In this document: positions 22,327-32,273 of the stretch, piece by piece
Position numbering within the stretch: the stretch's first letter is position 1
Layout of the letters: every line of letters starts with the position of its first letter
DNA from: Gammaproteobacteria bacterium
GTDB taxonomy: Bacteria; Pseudomonadota; Gammaproteobacteria; JABABF01
Direction: 5' to 3'
Assembly (NCBI GenBank): GCA_965205525.1
Contig: OZ242171.1
Coordinates: 518,289-582,288, forward strand
Length of the DNA stretch: 64,000 nt
The notes under the pieces: model-generated
Told to the model about the DNA's origin: nothing
The model's input: only the letters and a program-made list of their open reading frames with translations
Database searches by the model: none
Made by a program: the position numbers and the translations under genes

Positions 22327-22717
22327 CGCCGGCAGCGCCGTCGGCCCCTAAGGTCTGGATGTCAAAGGGACCTTTTTGGCCGGGCTTGCGGTAACTGTAA
22401 TTCCGTCCCCAGGGATCCTTCGGCAGACGGTCCAGGTAGCCTCCCGCCTTCCAGTTGCGGCCGCCGCCGCCGCTGGGCCTGGAAACCAGAGACTGCAGAC
22501 CCTGCTCGGTGGAGGGATAGGAATAGTTGTCCAGCCGGTAGATCTTGAGGGCGGTCTCAATGGTGCGGAAGTCGGCGAACACTTTCTGGGTGCGGGCCTG
22601 GGATACGCGCCCAAACACCTTGGGACCTACGTAACTCATCAGGATGCCGATGATGACCATGACCACCAGGACTTCTAACAGGCTGAAACCGCTTTGGGAA
22701 GGCCGAATGCGTTTCAT
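22283..22717 (-). CDS. gspG: type II secretion major pseudopilin G
   Basis: MKRIRPSQSGFSLLEVLVVMVIIGIL prepilin leader, 144 aa, highly conserved GspG core (DPWGRNYSY). Confidence 0.92.
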   Translation of the reverse strand: MKRIRPSQSGFSLLEVLVVMVIIGILMSYVGPKVFGRVSQARTQKVFADFRTIETALKIYRLDNYSYPSTEQGLQSLVSRPSGGGGRNWKAGGYLDRLPKDPWGRNYSYRKPGQKGPFDIQTLGADGAAGGEGEDSDLGNWQTN

Positions 22718-22752
22718 GATGATCTCTCCTCGCTTTGCATTGACGACAGGCG

Positions 22753-23976
22753 CTATTGTACCAATTCATTCAGCTCAAACATCGGCAGCAGCACTGCCAG
22801 CACGATGGTGAGCACCATGCCTGCCATGACCAGCACCATTATGGGCTGGAACAGGGACATCAGAGCACTGAGAGTCATTTCCAGCTCCCTCTCCTGGTTG
22901 ACGGCGGCGCGCTCTAGCATCTCCTCCAGTTTTCCGCTGGCTTCGCCGCTGGCGACCATCTGCACCATCATCGGCGGGAATTGGTTGCTTTCCTCCAGAG
23001 ACTTGCGCAGACTGCCCCCCTCGCGCACTGTGCTGCTGATGATATCCGCCGTGTCCTGAAGCACCAGGTTGGAGAACACCTCCCGGGAGATATGCAGGGC
23101 ATCTAGCAGGGGCACGCCGCTCTGGGTGAGAATGCTGAGCGTGCTGGCAAAGCGCGCCGTTTCCATCCCCCGCACCATCTCGCCGATAAAGGGTGTGCGC
23201 AGGAGCAGGCCGTGGAAGGTTCGCCGCCGCCCCTCCTCCTGCAGCAGCTGGCGTGCCACCAGCACGGCCGCGAATATGCCGAGCAGGCAGTACAGCCCGT
23301 AGGCCTGCAGAAAGTCGCTGATAGCGATCAGCCCCACGGTCAGTCCCGGCAGATCCGCCGACGTGCTTTCAAAAATTGTGACCAGCTTGGGGACCACGAT
23401 GGTCATCATGGCGCCTACCACGGCGATCGCTACCAGGATCAGAACGATGGGGTATACCATCGCCGACTTGAGCTTCTGCTGGGACTGCTGGCGGTTTTCT
23501 GTGTATTCAGCCAGGCGTTCCAGCACCGCTCCCAGGAAGCCGGCATGCTCCCCAGCCCGCACCAGGGCACGGTACAGGTTGTTGAATATCTTCGGGTGTT
23601 CGCCCATGGCCTGGGCTAGGGTCAGCCCTTCGTTGATCCGGTTGCGAACTTGCAGCAGGATATCCTTGAGATGGTCCCGGCGGCACTGGCGCGCAGTCGC
23701 CTGCAGGGCCTCGTCCACGGTCAGACCGGATTGCAGCAGCACTGCCAGCTGGCGTGTGATCAGGGACAGGTCATTGATGCTGATCCCCTTCTCAAACAGG
23801 GATAGGTGGAGGAAGGCGCTGAGACCGCCCCCGGGCTTGCTGCCCTCATTTACTTTCAGGGGGCGCAGCCCCTGCTTGCGCAGCAGATCCCGAGCCTGGC
23901 GCTCGGAATCCCCTTCAATAACTCCCTTAACCCGTTTGCCCGTGGTATTCAGGGCTTGGTATGCGTAGGTACCCAT
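22753..23976 (-). CDS. gspF: type II secretion inner-membrane platform protein F
   Basis: 407 aa, duplicated GspF/PilC domain, 3 TM segments. Confidence 0.9.
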   Translation of the reverse strand: MGTYAYQALNTTGKRVKGVIEGDSERQARDLLRKQGLRPLKVNEGSKPGGGLSAFLHLSLFEKGISINDLSLITRQLAVLLQSGLTVDEALQATARQCRRDHLKDILLQVRNRINEGLTLAQAMGEHPKIFNNLYRALVRAGEHAGFLGAVLERLAEYTENRQQSQQKLKSAMVYPIVLILVAIAVVGAMMTIVVPKLVTIFESTSADLPGLTVGLIAISDFLQAYGLYCLLGIFAAVLVARQLLQEEGRRRTFHGLLLRTPFIGEMVRGMETARFASTLSILTQSGVPLLDALHISREVFSNLVLQDTADIISSTVREGGSLRKSLEESNQFPPMMVQMVASGEASGKLEEMLERAAVNQERELEMTLSALMSLFQPIMVLVMAGMVLTIVLAVLLPMFELNELVQ

Positions 23977-23992
23977 TGCGCTCGCTGCCTGC

Positions 23993-25555
23993 TCACTCGG
24001 CCAGAATTACACGGAGCAGCTCTTCAAAAGTAGTTTCCCCGTTCAGCACGCGCCGGCGCCCATCCTGCAGAATGCTGTCGCTGTTCTGGCGCGCGATGCG
24101 GGTCATATCCTGCTCTCCGGCACCCTTATGAATCATCTCCCGCAGCTCGTCATTCACCTGCACCAGCTCGTAGATGCCGGTGCGCCCTCGGTACCCCAGC
24201 TGGTTGCATTCCTCGCAGCCCTTGGCCCGGTAGATGACCGCATCCCGCTCAAGTTCTAAGCGCTGGCGTTCCAGCTCGCTCGGTTCGTAGGGCTCGCGGC
24301 AGGAGGGGCATAGCCTGCGCACCAGACGCTGGGCTATCATCGCCAGCAGGCTGGAGGACAGCAGAAAGGATTCCACGCCCATGTCCTGCAGGCGGGTGAC
24401 GGCACCGATGGCGGTATTGGTGTGCAGAGTGGACAGTACCAGGTGACCGGTGAGGCTGGCCTGCACCGCGATGTCTGCGGTCTCCACGTCCCGGATTTCT
24501 CCAATCATCACTACGTCCGGGTCTTGGCGCAGGATGGCCCGCAGCCCGCGGGCAAAAGTCATGTCCACCTTGGTGTTGACCTGGGTCTGGGCGATGCCTT
24601 CCAGCATGTATTCCACCGGGTCCTCTATGGTCATAATGTTGCGCGAGGTCTCGTTAATATCCGTGAGACCCGCGTATAGGGTGGTGGTCTTGCCGGAGCC
24701 GGTGGGACCGGTTACCAGGATGATGCCGTGGGGCGTATGCAGGGCATTCTGAAAGTGCTGGCTGTTGGTTTCGCTCATCTGCAGCTGGGCCACCGACAGG
24801 CGGCCGGCCTCCGTGTCCAGGAGGCGCAGCACCACCCGCTCGCCGTGGGCGGAGGGGATGGTGGACAGGCGGATATCCACCGCATGGCCGGCGATGCGCA
24901 CCGATATGCGCCCGTCCTGGGGGATGCGTTTTTCGGCGATATCCAGCCTCGCCATCACTTTGAGGCGGGAGACCAGCAGGGGGGCCAGCCGACGGTTCGG
25001 CGACAGCACATCCCGCAGCACGCCGTCCACGCGAAAACGCACGGAGACGTTTTCTTCAAAAGTTTCAATGTGAATGTCCGATGCCTGCTCGCGCACTGCC
25101 TGGGACAGCACCGCGTTGATAAGCCGCACTACCGGAGCATCGTTCTCCCCCTCCATCAAATCGGTGGTGTCGGGGATTTCATCCGCCAAGCGGCCGAGGT
25201 CGGAGTCTGCATCCAAATCTGCGACAGCCTGCTCCGCATCGCTGTCGCCGCTCTGGTAGAACTCTGTCAGGCGAGTTTGGAAATCCTCCTGTCCCAGTAT
25301 TTCCGGCGGCAGCAGGGGGCGGCGAGTGAAGCGGTGCACCTCCATCAGGATGTCTAGGCTCGGCAGGGTTTCCCGGCATACAGGCAGCATCCCCTCGGGT
25401 TTTTCCTCCAGCAGAATGCTATGGTTGCGGGCGAACAGGTAGGGCAGCCGGCGGCGGGTGCCGTTTTCCCCGGCGTCCAGCCCCTCAGCGGCCTCCATCG
25501 CCTCTGGGGCGATGGCCGCGGCGGCAGTATTTTTTTCAGTGACCGGAGTGCTCAT
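23993..25555 (-). CDS. gspE: type II secretion ATPase E
   Basis: Walker [10 protein letters not shown], Asp/His boxes, C-terminal tetracysteine CPSC...CEEC; start chosen at the MSTPV ATG 1 nt after the gspD stop (the listed ORF extends to 25585). Confidence 0.92.
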   Translation of the reverse strand: MSTPVTEKNTAAAAIAPEAMEAAEGLDAGENGTRRRLPYLFARNHSILLEEKPEGMLPVCRETLPSLDILMEVHRFTRRPLLPPEILGQEDFQTRLTEFYQSGDSDAEQAVADLDADSDLGRLADEIPDTTDLMEGENDAPVVRLINAVLSQAVREQASDIHIETFEENVSVRFRVDGVLRDVLSPNRRLAPLLVSRLKVMARLDIAEKRIPQDGRISVRIAGHAVDIRLSTIPSAHGERVVLRLLDTEAGRLSVAQLQMSETNSQHFQNALHTPHGIILVTGPTGSGKTTTLYAGLTDINETSRNIMTIEDPVEYMLEGIAQTQVNTKVDMTFARGLRAILRQDPDVVMIGEIRDVETADIAVQASLTGHLVLSTLHTNTAIGAVTRLQDMGVESFLLSSSLLAMIAQRLVRRLCPSCREPYEPSELERQRLELERDAVIYRAKGCEECNQLGYRGRTGIYELVQVNDELREMIHKGAGEQDMTRIARQNSDSILQDGRRRVLNGETTFEELLRVILAE

Positions 25556-25556
25556 G

Positions 25557-27584
25557 CTACTGTGCCTCGCTGCCTTCTTCCGCATCGCGGGCCAAGCCTT
25601 CCTCCTGCAGTGTCTGCTGCAGATTCTCGGCCCAGTCCGGCAGTACAGGGACTTCTTCTGGTTCTAAGAAGGATACCCCCTGGGTGCGTTTTTGCAGCTG
25701 CGCACTGCGTATGTTGAGATACCTTTTCCTGCTTTCCTTATTCGCTTTTTCGGGGGTGCGGATGATGATCGGGCGGATAAAGATCAGCAGGTTGGTCTTG
25801 TCCACATCCACCGACGTACTTTTGAACAGAAAGCCGAGCAGGGGGATGTCCCCAAGCAGGGGAATCTTGCGCTTGTTCTCCTCTATGGAATCGGTGATCA
25901 GCCCGCCGAGCACGACAATATCCCCGTCTCCCGCCAGCACCGTGGTAGTGATCTTGCGCTGGTTGGTGATGATGTCAGCGGCCCCGGAAGAGCCGGTCAC
26001 GCTGGACACCTCCTGCTCCAGTTCCAGCAGCACCGTGTCGCCTTCGTTGATGTGAGGGGTCACCTTCAGGGTAACCCCCACATCCCTTCTGGATATGGTC
26101 TGGAAGGGGTTCACAGCGTTGTTGCTATTGCCAACATAGGAGCCGGTGAGAAAGGGCACGTTCTGTCCTACCACCACCGATGCCTCCGTGTTGTCCAGGG
26201 TCAGCAGGCTCGGCGTGGACAGGATGTTCACCGCCACGTTTCTGTTCAGCGCGGTGAGAATGGCGCCGAATAGATGGTCGCTGTCGTTCAGGTCGCCGAT
26301 GGCGGCGATCTGGCCTTCAACAGCGGAGGCCCGGCCCGCCAAATTTTCCAGCAGGTCCTGGGCGCCATCGGAATCGCCGACGGCCAGGGTCAGGGCGCGC
26401 AGGCTGCCCGCGCCACCGCTCCCGGAGCTGAACAGGCCGTGGTCGGCATCGGCGAAGAGATATTCAAAGCCCAGATCCTTGTCATTGTCATCCCGCACTT
26501 CCACCACGATTGCCTCCACCAGCACCTGGGCGCGACGGATATCCAGACGGGAGATGATCAGCTCCAGAGCCCGCATGGTCTCGTTGTCCGCGGTGATGAT
26601 CAGGGAGTTGGTGGCATCGTCCGCTTCCACCCGTGCCTTCTGCTGCGACCGGCCTGCGCCCTCCTGCTTCTGGATGTTTTCAATGACCTTGTTGAGGATT
26701 GGGGCCAGTTTGTCCGCCTCTGCATATTTGAGGTATTGCACCCGCGCATTGCTGACCCGCCCGATAGGGGCATCCAGCTGGGCAATCAGCTCCAAGGCCT
26801 TCTGCCGTTCCTGCTCCGGCCCCCGGAGCAGGATGGTGTTGGTGCGTCCATCCGAGGTTATGATCAGGATGTCTCCCTTCTCCTTGCTGTCTTTGGTCTC
26901 CAGTGCCTTGATCAGCCGAATGATCTCCTCGGCATCGGCATATTGCAGTTCCACCACATCCAGCTGGTCCTTGGAACTGATGTCCAGCTGACCGATGACC
27001 TTCATCAGCTTTGCGATGTTGGCCGCACTGTCGGAGATGATGATGGAGTTGGTGGGAGGGTAGGCGGCCAGGTGGCTCTGCTGGGGGAGAAGCGGGCGGA
27101 TGACGGATACCAGCTTACTGGCTGCGATATTCCGAAGGGGCAGCACCTGGGTCACGATTTCAAAGTTTTCACGGCCGGTGGCGCCTTTGCCCACGGGCCC
27201 GGGCTCGGTGCGGGCCGCCTGCTCGGGCACGATGTTGACGATACCGCTCTCCATGTGCACCGCGGTGAAGCCTTGCGCATCCAGAATTGCCAGAAACAGG
27301 TCGTACAGCTGCTCTTCGTCTACCGGCTGGTTGGAGATGATCTGCGCCTTGCCCTTCACCCGGGGATCAATAAGAAATGTCTTGCTGGTGACATCGGCGA
27401 CGAAGCGAATAATTTCAATAATCTCCGTATCTTCAAAGTTGATCGTGTAGGTTTCGGCGCGGGGTGCTCCTCCGGGCAGCAGCAGCATCGCTGTCAGCAT
27501 CCCGCACAAAAGCCGCGTGCGTGCGCCTCTTTGCCCCGCGCATGACGGGCGCAGGGAAGCGAGAGCAAAGGGACGGGTTTTCAT
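25557..27584 (-). CDS. gspD: type II secretion outer-membrane secretin D
   Basis: 675 aa, signal peptide, N0-N3 domains and secretin domain (VVLGGLI...IPLLGDIPLLGFLFKS). Confidence 0.92.
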   Translation of the reverse strand: MKTRPFALASLRPSCAGQRGARTRLLCGMLTAMLLLPGGAPRAETYTINFEDTEIIEIIRFVADVTSKTFLIDPRVKGKAQIISNQPVDEEQLYDLFLAILDAQGFTAVHMESGIVNIVPEQAARTEPGPVGKGATGRENFEIVTQVLPLRNIAASKLVSVIRPLLPQQSHLAAYPPTNSIIISDSAANIAKLMKVIGQLDISSKDQLDVVELQYADAEEIIRLIKALETKDSKEKGDILIITSDGRTNTILLRGPEQERQKALELIAQLDAPIGRVSNARVQYLKYAEADKLAPILNKVIENIQKQEGAGRSQQKARVEADDATNSLIITADNETMRALELIISRLDIRRAQVLVEAIVVEVRDDNDKDLGFEYLFADADHGLFSSGSGGAGSLRALTLAVGDSDGAQDLLENLAGRASAVEGQIAAIGDLNDSDHLFGAILTALNRNVAVNILSTPSLLTLDNTEASVVVGQNVPFLTGSYVGNSNNAVNPFQTISRRDVGVTLKVTPHINEGDTVLLELEQEVSSVTGSSGAADIITNQRKITTTVLAGDGDIVVLGGLITDSIEENKRKIPLLGDIPLLGFLFKSTSVDVDKTNLLIFIRPIIIRTPEKANKESRKRYLNIRSAQLQKRTQGVSFLEPEEVPVLPDWAENLQQTLQEEGLARDAEEGSEAQ

Positions 27585-27614
27585 ATTGTGGGCCTGTTGT
27601 GAAAATATGCGGAC

Positions 27615-28535
27615 TCAGCGCAGCTTGAGCAGCAGCTCCAGATGCCCCTTCCCGCGCTTCATCAGAAAACTGGCTTCGCTGGCATTGCGCATGGAAGCGT
27701 GGGCCTGCTGCAATGCGCTGAGACTGGTGAGATCAACATTGTTGATCGCCATGATCATGTCGTTGCTGCGAAAGCCGAGCTGGATAAAACTGCGGGCATC
27801 GCTGCGTGGACTGATCCGGTAGCCAATGATGTCCTTTCCCTTGCGCACAGCCGAAAAGCTGATGACCTTGCTCAGATCAGTCGGATTTTTCATCAGTTTA
27901 TCGTAGTAGCGCTTGGCGGCCTTGGTAGCCAGCTTGTTGCCGCGCCGGTCAAGAACTTTTGTGTTTTCCGGCCGCTTTTTATTTTTCTTGTCGTACAGGC
28001 TGAGACGCTCCACTTTGCCGCTGTTGAGCTCAATCAGCACGTGGTCCTGCAAAATGCTCTGCACTTTGGCCTTGGCGACCGGCAGCTCGTCGCCGGGTGC
28101 ATATATCTCCTGCTTGTTGTTGTGACGAATGGCGGCCCTGGCAAGGGCGGGGTTGCTTGAATACATGATGCCGGACAGCCTTAGGTTGAGAGGCGTTTCT
28201 GTCGGTTCCGATGCAACGGCATTGGGCGCTTCGTATTGGCCGAAAAGCGGCTGCCCGGTGAGGGTCTCAATCGCGGGGGGCGGACCGCGCAGTTCCGCCG
28301 CCGAGAGGGGCGGAGGCACCGAGGGGGCCAGGTTGATCGGTGCGGGCGCCGTCGGCGCCGGGAGCAGAGACCAGACCAGCTGGGCGCTCAGGTAGACGAG
28401 CCATGTCCCGATTGCCAGGGCCGCGAGGGCCTGCAGCTGTGCTGCGACCTGGGGCCAGTCAAGATTTTCCAAGATTTCCCTGACCTTCCCCAGCGTCGCC
28501 GCGGGGAGTAGCTGTGTTGCTGTGCCAGTAGCCAT
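27615..28535 (-). CDS. gspC: type II secretion system protein C (PDZ-type)
   Basis: First gene of the operon, N-terminal TM segment, Pro-rich linker, HR domain, C-terminal PDZ-like domain. Confidence 0.8.
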   Translation of the reverse strand: MATGTATQLLPAATLGKVREILENLDWPQVAAQLQALAALAIGTWLVYLSAQLVWSLLPAPTAPAPINLAPSVPPPLSAAELRGPPPAIETLTGQPLFGQYEAPNAVASEPTETPLNLRLSGIMYSSNPALARAAIRHNNKQEIYAPGDELPVAKAKVQSILQDHVLIELNSGKVERLSLYDKKNKKRPENTKVLDRRGNKLATKAAKRYYDKLMKNPTDLSKVISFSAVRKGKDIIGYRISPRSDARSFIQLGFRSNDMIMAINNVDLTSLSALQQAHASMRNASEASFLMKRGKGHLELLLKLR

Positions 28536-28936
28536 TTTTGTCCAACATCACCCCGAGAATTCCGCCATATCTGCCCGCTGTGTGCGGCCGAATGGTCAAT
28601 TCGGTCGATTATAGCAGTTATGCAGTCAAACGGCAGAGATTGCACCAAGCATTCCGCCGAGATTTTTGCCGATAATATTGAAGCAGGTTTCCCGATTTTC
28701 TAACAAACAACACCCGATAAAAATACTTGGCAAATGTTCTGGCCCTCGCCTTGGCGGCGGCACTGCCTATCTCCCGTCTCTTTGGCGGGCGGGAGAATGC
28801 CCGGTAAAGGGCAGACGACAAATAGCCCCATCTCGGAAAATCTCCCGGGGTCTGTGGCGGCGGGCATCTGCTATGCTAATAGATTAGAACTTGATTCACC
28901 CCTGCAAGTTCCCTAGTGTTTTTGAATTTTCCGAAG

Positions 28937-30265
28937 ATGGGACAGAGCGATTCTCTGCAGCTGCGAGCGAAGGTCAAGTCCGGTGCCGGATTAGAGCGGC
29001 GCATGGTGGTCAACGTGCCTGCTGCTGAGGTGAATCAGAGGGTGGAGAAGCGCCTGCGGAGCACGGCACGCAAGGTGCGCATTCAGGGATTTCGCCAAGG
29101 ACGTGTGCCCTTGGATGTGGTGCGCAGCCGCTACGGGTCTGAGATCCGTGCAGAGGTGCTAGACGATGTCGTCCGCAGCTCTCTGCAGGAGGCCTTGGAG
29201 AAAAAACAGGTCCGCCTGGCCAGTCGGCCGGTGGTGGAATCCTACGATGCAGAGCCTGACCGGGCGCTGGAGTTTACCGCCGTATTTGAGGTGTATCCGG
29301 AGGTGCCGGTGCGCCGGCCCTGGCGCCTGTCGGTGAAGAAACCGGTGGCAGATATCGGGGAGGAGGATATCAATCGGCTGCAGGAGCGTCTGCAGCTGCA
29401 GGGTGCTGCGTGGCGTCCGGCAGAGCGTCCGGCTCGGGAGAGGGACCGGGTGCTGTTTGAGTATCGCGGCCTCTGTGACGGGCAGGAGGTGACGGCGCCT
29501 GGTCCCCGGGCGGTGCTCCTCGGCCGGGACACGCTGCCTTGGGACTTGGCCTCCGAGCTGCCGGGGATGTCGGCAGAGGAGGAGCGTGCCTTGGAGCGCA
29601 CCGTGCCCGCCGACTACGCCGAAGAAAAATTCCGCGGGCAGAAAATGACGCTTTCGCTGCAGGTCCTGCGCGTGGAAGAGCCGGAGCTGCCGGCCTTGGA
29701 CCACGCATTCTTTGCCTCCTGCGGCATTGCCGAGGGTGGAGAGCAAGCCTTCCGGGAGCGGCTGCGGCAGGAATTGAGCAAGGCGACGGAGCGGGCGGCG
29801 GAGCGGAAAGTCAGGCAGCAGGTGCTAGACGCCCTTCTGGGACGCTATCGGCGGCTGAAGGTGCCTCGCGCTCTGGTGTCCGAGGAGGCGGAATCCATAG
29901 GTCGGCGCAAGGGACTGAAGGAGGGTGCGGCTTCCTCCGACGAATCCCTGCAGGCGGCGGCGGGGCGCCGTGTAAAGCTCGGCCTGATCCTGAATGCATG
30001 GATCCAGAAGAAGGAACTGAAGGCCAACCCGGCGGAGGTGCGTGCAATGATCCGCGCCGAAGCATCCGGGTATCGGGATGCGGATGCGATGGTCAACTGG
30101 TATTATAAAAACGAAGCCGCTTTGCGCAGTGTAGAGTCGGCGGTGCTGGAGGAGCAGGTTGTGAAGATACTTCTTGAGAAAGCGAAGATCCAAGAGACTC
30201 GGGTCCCGTGCCAGTCGCTCTTGGAACCGGAGTCGGAAGAGACTGGGAAGGGCGGCGATGTCTGA
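28937..30265 (+). CDS. tig: trigger factor
   Basis: N-terminal ribosome-binding domain with [13 protein letters not shown] signature; tig-clpP-clpX-lon synteny; the listed ORF start at 28916 was trimmed to the MGQSDS ATG. Confidence 0.9.
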   Translation: MGQSDSLQLRAKVKSGAGLERRMVVNVPAAEVNQRVEKRLRSTARKVRIQGFRQGRVPLDVVRSRYGSEIRAEVLDDVVRSSLQEALEKKQVRLASRPVVESYDAEPDRALEFTAVFEVYPEVPVRRPWRLSVKKPVADIGEEDINRLQERLQLQGAAWRPAERPARERDRVLFEYRGLCDGQEVTAPGPRAVLLGRDTLPWDLASELPGMSAEEERALERTVPADYAEEKFRGQKMTLSLQVLRVEEPELPALDHAFFASCGIAEGGEQAFRERLRQELSKATERAAERKVRQQVLDALLGRYRRLKVPRALVSEEAESIGRRKGLKEGAASSDESLQAAAGRRVKLGLILNAWIQKKELKANPAEVRAMIRAEASGYRDADAMVNWYYKNEAALRSVESAVLEEQVVKILLEKAKIQETRVPCQSLLEPESEETGKGGDV

Positions 30266-30893
30266 GGATCGCAGCATGAAAGCACCCCAGGGGCTGGGCT
30301 TGGTGCCGATAGTCGTTGAGCAGACGGCGCGGGGCGAGCGGGCCTACGACATTTATTCCCGGCTCCTGCGCGAGCGGCTGGTTTTCGTGGTCGGCGCCAT
30401 AGACGATTACATGGCCAACCTGGTGGTGGCGCAGATGCTGTTCTTAGAGTCGGAAAACCCGGACAAGGATGTCAGCCTGTACATCAATTCCCCCGGGGGC
30501 ATTATCAGCGCAGGCCTGGCCATCTATGACACCATGCGCTTTATTCGCCCGGATGTCTCCACCACCTGCATCGGGCATGCTGCGAGCATGGGGGCCTTCC
30601 TTCTCGCTGGCGGCACCAAGGGCAAGCGGTTCTGCCTGCCGAATACGCGGGTCATGATTCACCAGCCGAGCGGCGGTGCCCAGGGGCAGGCATCGGATGT
30701 TGATATTCACGCTCGCGAGATTCTCAGCATGCGCGGGCGTCTAAACGAAATCTTGGCAGAGCACACTGGCCGCTCGGTGAAGCAGATTGCCGCCGACACC
30801 GAGCGCGACCGTTTCATGAGCGCCCAAGAAGCAGTAGAATATGGGCTAATAGACGAGATTATTGAAAAGCGTAAGATTGAGGCAGGCAGCTGA
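30258..30893 (+). CDS. clpP: ATP-dependent Clp protease proteolytic subunit
   Basis: Catalytic Ser in GHAASMGAF and His in MIHQP; start at MSEDRS (the listed ORF extension back to 30174 is rejected). Confidence 0.95.
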   Translation: MSEDRSMKAPQGLGLVPIVVEQTARGERAYDIYSRLLRERLVFVVGAIDDYMANLVVAQMLFLESENPDKDVSLYINSPGGIISAGLAIYDTMRFIRPDVSTTCIGHAASMGAFLLAGGTKGKRFCLPNTRVMIHQPSGGAQGQASDVDIHAREILSMRGRLNEILAEHTGRSVKQIAADTERDRFMSAQEAVEYGLIDEIIEKRKIEAGS

Positions 30894-30940
30894 ACGAGTT
30901 TTTCTTTCCCTAACGAGCACGCAATTCGGAGGGTGACGCA

Positions 30941-32272
30941 ATGTCGGATAGCAATGGTAATGGCAAAAGCGGCGGCAACAAGCTGCTGTACTGCTCTTTC
31001 TGCGGCAAGAGTCAGCAGCATGTCAGCAAGCTGATTGCCGGTCCCTCCGTATTCATCTGCAACGAGTGTGTCGGGCTCTGCAACGACATCATTCGCGAAG
31101 AAGTTGAGGGGGCCGCTCAGGAAAAGCCCTTCAGCAGCATGCCGCAGCCGCAGGAAATTTGCAGCAGCTTGGATGAATATGTAATCGGTCAGATGCCGGC
31201 CAAGAAGGTTCTCTCGGTCGCTGTCTACAACCACTACAAGCGCCTGCAGCATCCCCGGGACGGCAAGCAGGACAACCAGGTGGAAATTGACAAGAGCAAT
31301 ATTCTCCTGATCGGACCGACCGGCAGCGGCAAGACACTGCTGGCATCCACCTTGGCCCGTTTTCTAGATGTGCCATTTACGATTACCGATGCGACCACTC
31401 TCACCGAGGCCGGCTATGTCGGCGAAGATGTTGAGAATATTATCCAGAAACTCCTGCAGCGCTGCGACAATGACGTGGAGCGCGCCCAGCGGGGCATCGT
31501 CTATATAGATGAGATTGACAAGATTTCGCGCAAGTCGGATAACCCGTCCATCACTCGCGATGTCTCCGGCGAGGGTGTGCAGCAGGCGCTGCTGAAATTA
31601 ATTGAAGGCACGGTTGCGTCCATCCCGCCCCAAGGTGGGCGCAAGCATCCGCAGCAGGAATTCCTGCATGTGGATACCTCAGACATCCTGTTTATCTGCG
31701 GCGGCTCCTTCGCCGGATTGGACCGTGTGATCCGCTCCCGCACCGAGAAGAGCGGCATCGGCTTTGGCGCAGATGTCCGGGGCAAGGACGGTGACGTGAG
31801 CGAAATCATGGCTCGTTTGGAACCTGAGGATCTGATTTCCTACGGCCTGATCCCCGAGTTCGTCGGTCGCTTGCCGGTGGTGGTTAACTTGAGCGAACTG
31901 GACCAGGAGGCCCTGGTGCGCATTCTCACCGAGCCCCGCAATGCCCTGGTCAAGCAGTACCAGGAACTCTTCACTATGGAGGGGGCGGATCTGGATATTC
32001 GCGAAGATGCCCTGCAGAGCATTGCCGCCCGCGCTGTACAGCGCAAGACCGGCGCCCGGGGCCTGCGCTCCATACTTGAATCCATCCTAATTGACACCAT
32101 GTATGAGTTGCCCTCCTTGGAGGGCGTGAGCCGCGTAGTCGTAGATGCGCCGGTGGCGGAACAGAAATTGCCGCCCCGGCTGGTGTATGAAGACGCGGGT
32201 AATTCCGCAGCGGCCGCTTCGCGCTCGGCAAGACAAGGCGGGCGCAGGCATGGCAGGCAAACAGGTTTCTGA
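30941..32272 (+). CDS. clpX: ATP-dependent Clp protease ATP-binding subunit ClpX
   Basis: Zinc-binding CSFCGK...CNEC N-domain, Walker A GPTGSGKT, 443 aa. Confidence 0.95.
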   Translation: MSDSNGNGKSGGNKLLYCSFCGKSQQHVSKLIAGPSVFICNECVGLCNDIIREEVEGAAQEKPFSSMPQPQEICSSLDEYVIGQMPAKKVLSVAVYNHYKRLQHPRDGKQDNQVEIDKSNILLIGPTGSGKTLLASTLARFLDVPFTITDATTLTEAGYVGEDVENIIQKLLQRCDNDVERAQRGIVYIDEIDKISRKSDNPSITRDVSGEGVQQALLKLIEGTVASIPPQGGRKHPQQEFLHVDTSDILFICGGSFAGLDRVIRSRTEKSGIGFGADVRGKDGDVSEIMARLEPEDLISYGLIPEFVGRLPVVVNLSELDQEALVRILTEPRNALVKQYQELFTMEGADLDIREDALQSIAARAVQRKTGARGLRSILESILIDTMYELPSLEGVSRVVVDAPVAEQKLPPRLVYEDAGNSAAAASRSARQGGRRHGRQTGF

Positions 32273-32273
32273 G

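Noticed and set aside
30174-30257. N-terminal extensions of listed ORFs (clpP from 30174, lon from 32145, purA from 44098, GST from 10011, hupB from 34888)
   Set aside because: The extensions overlap upstream genes and lack homology. Conserved N-termini begin at internal ATGs with proper spacing or overlap to the upstream stop.
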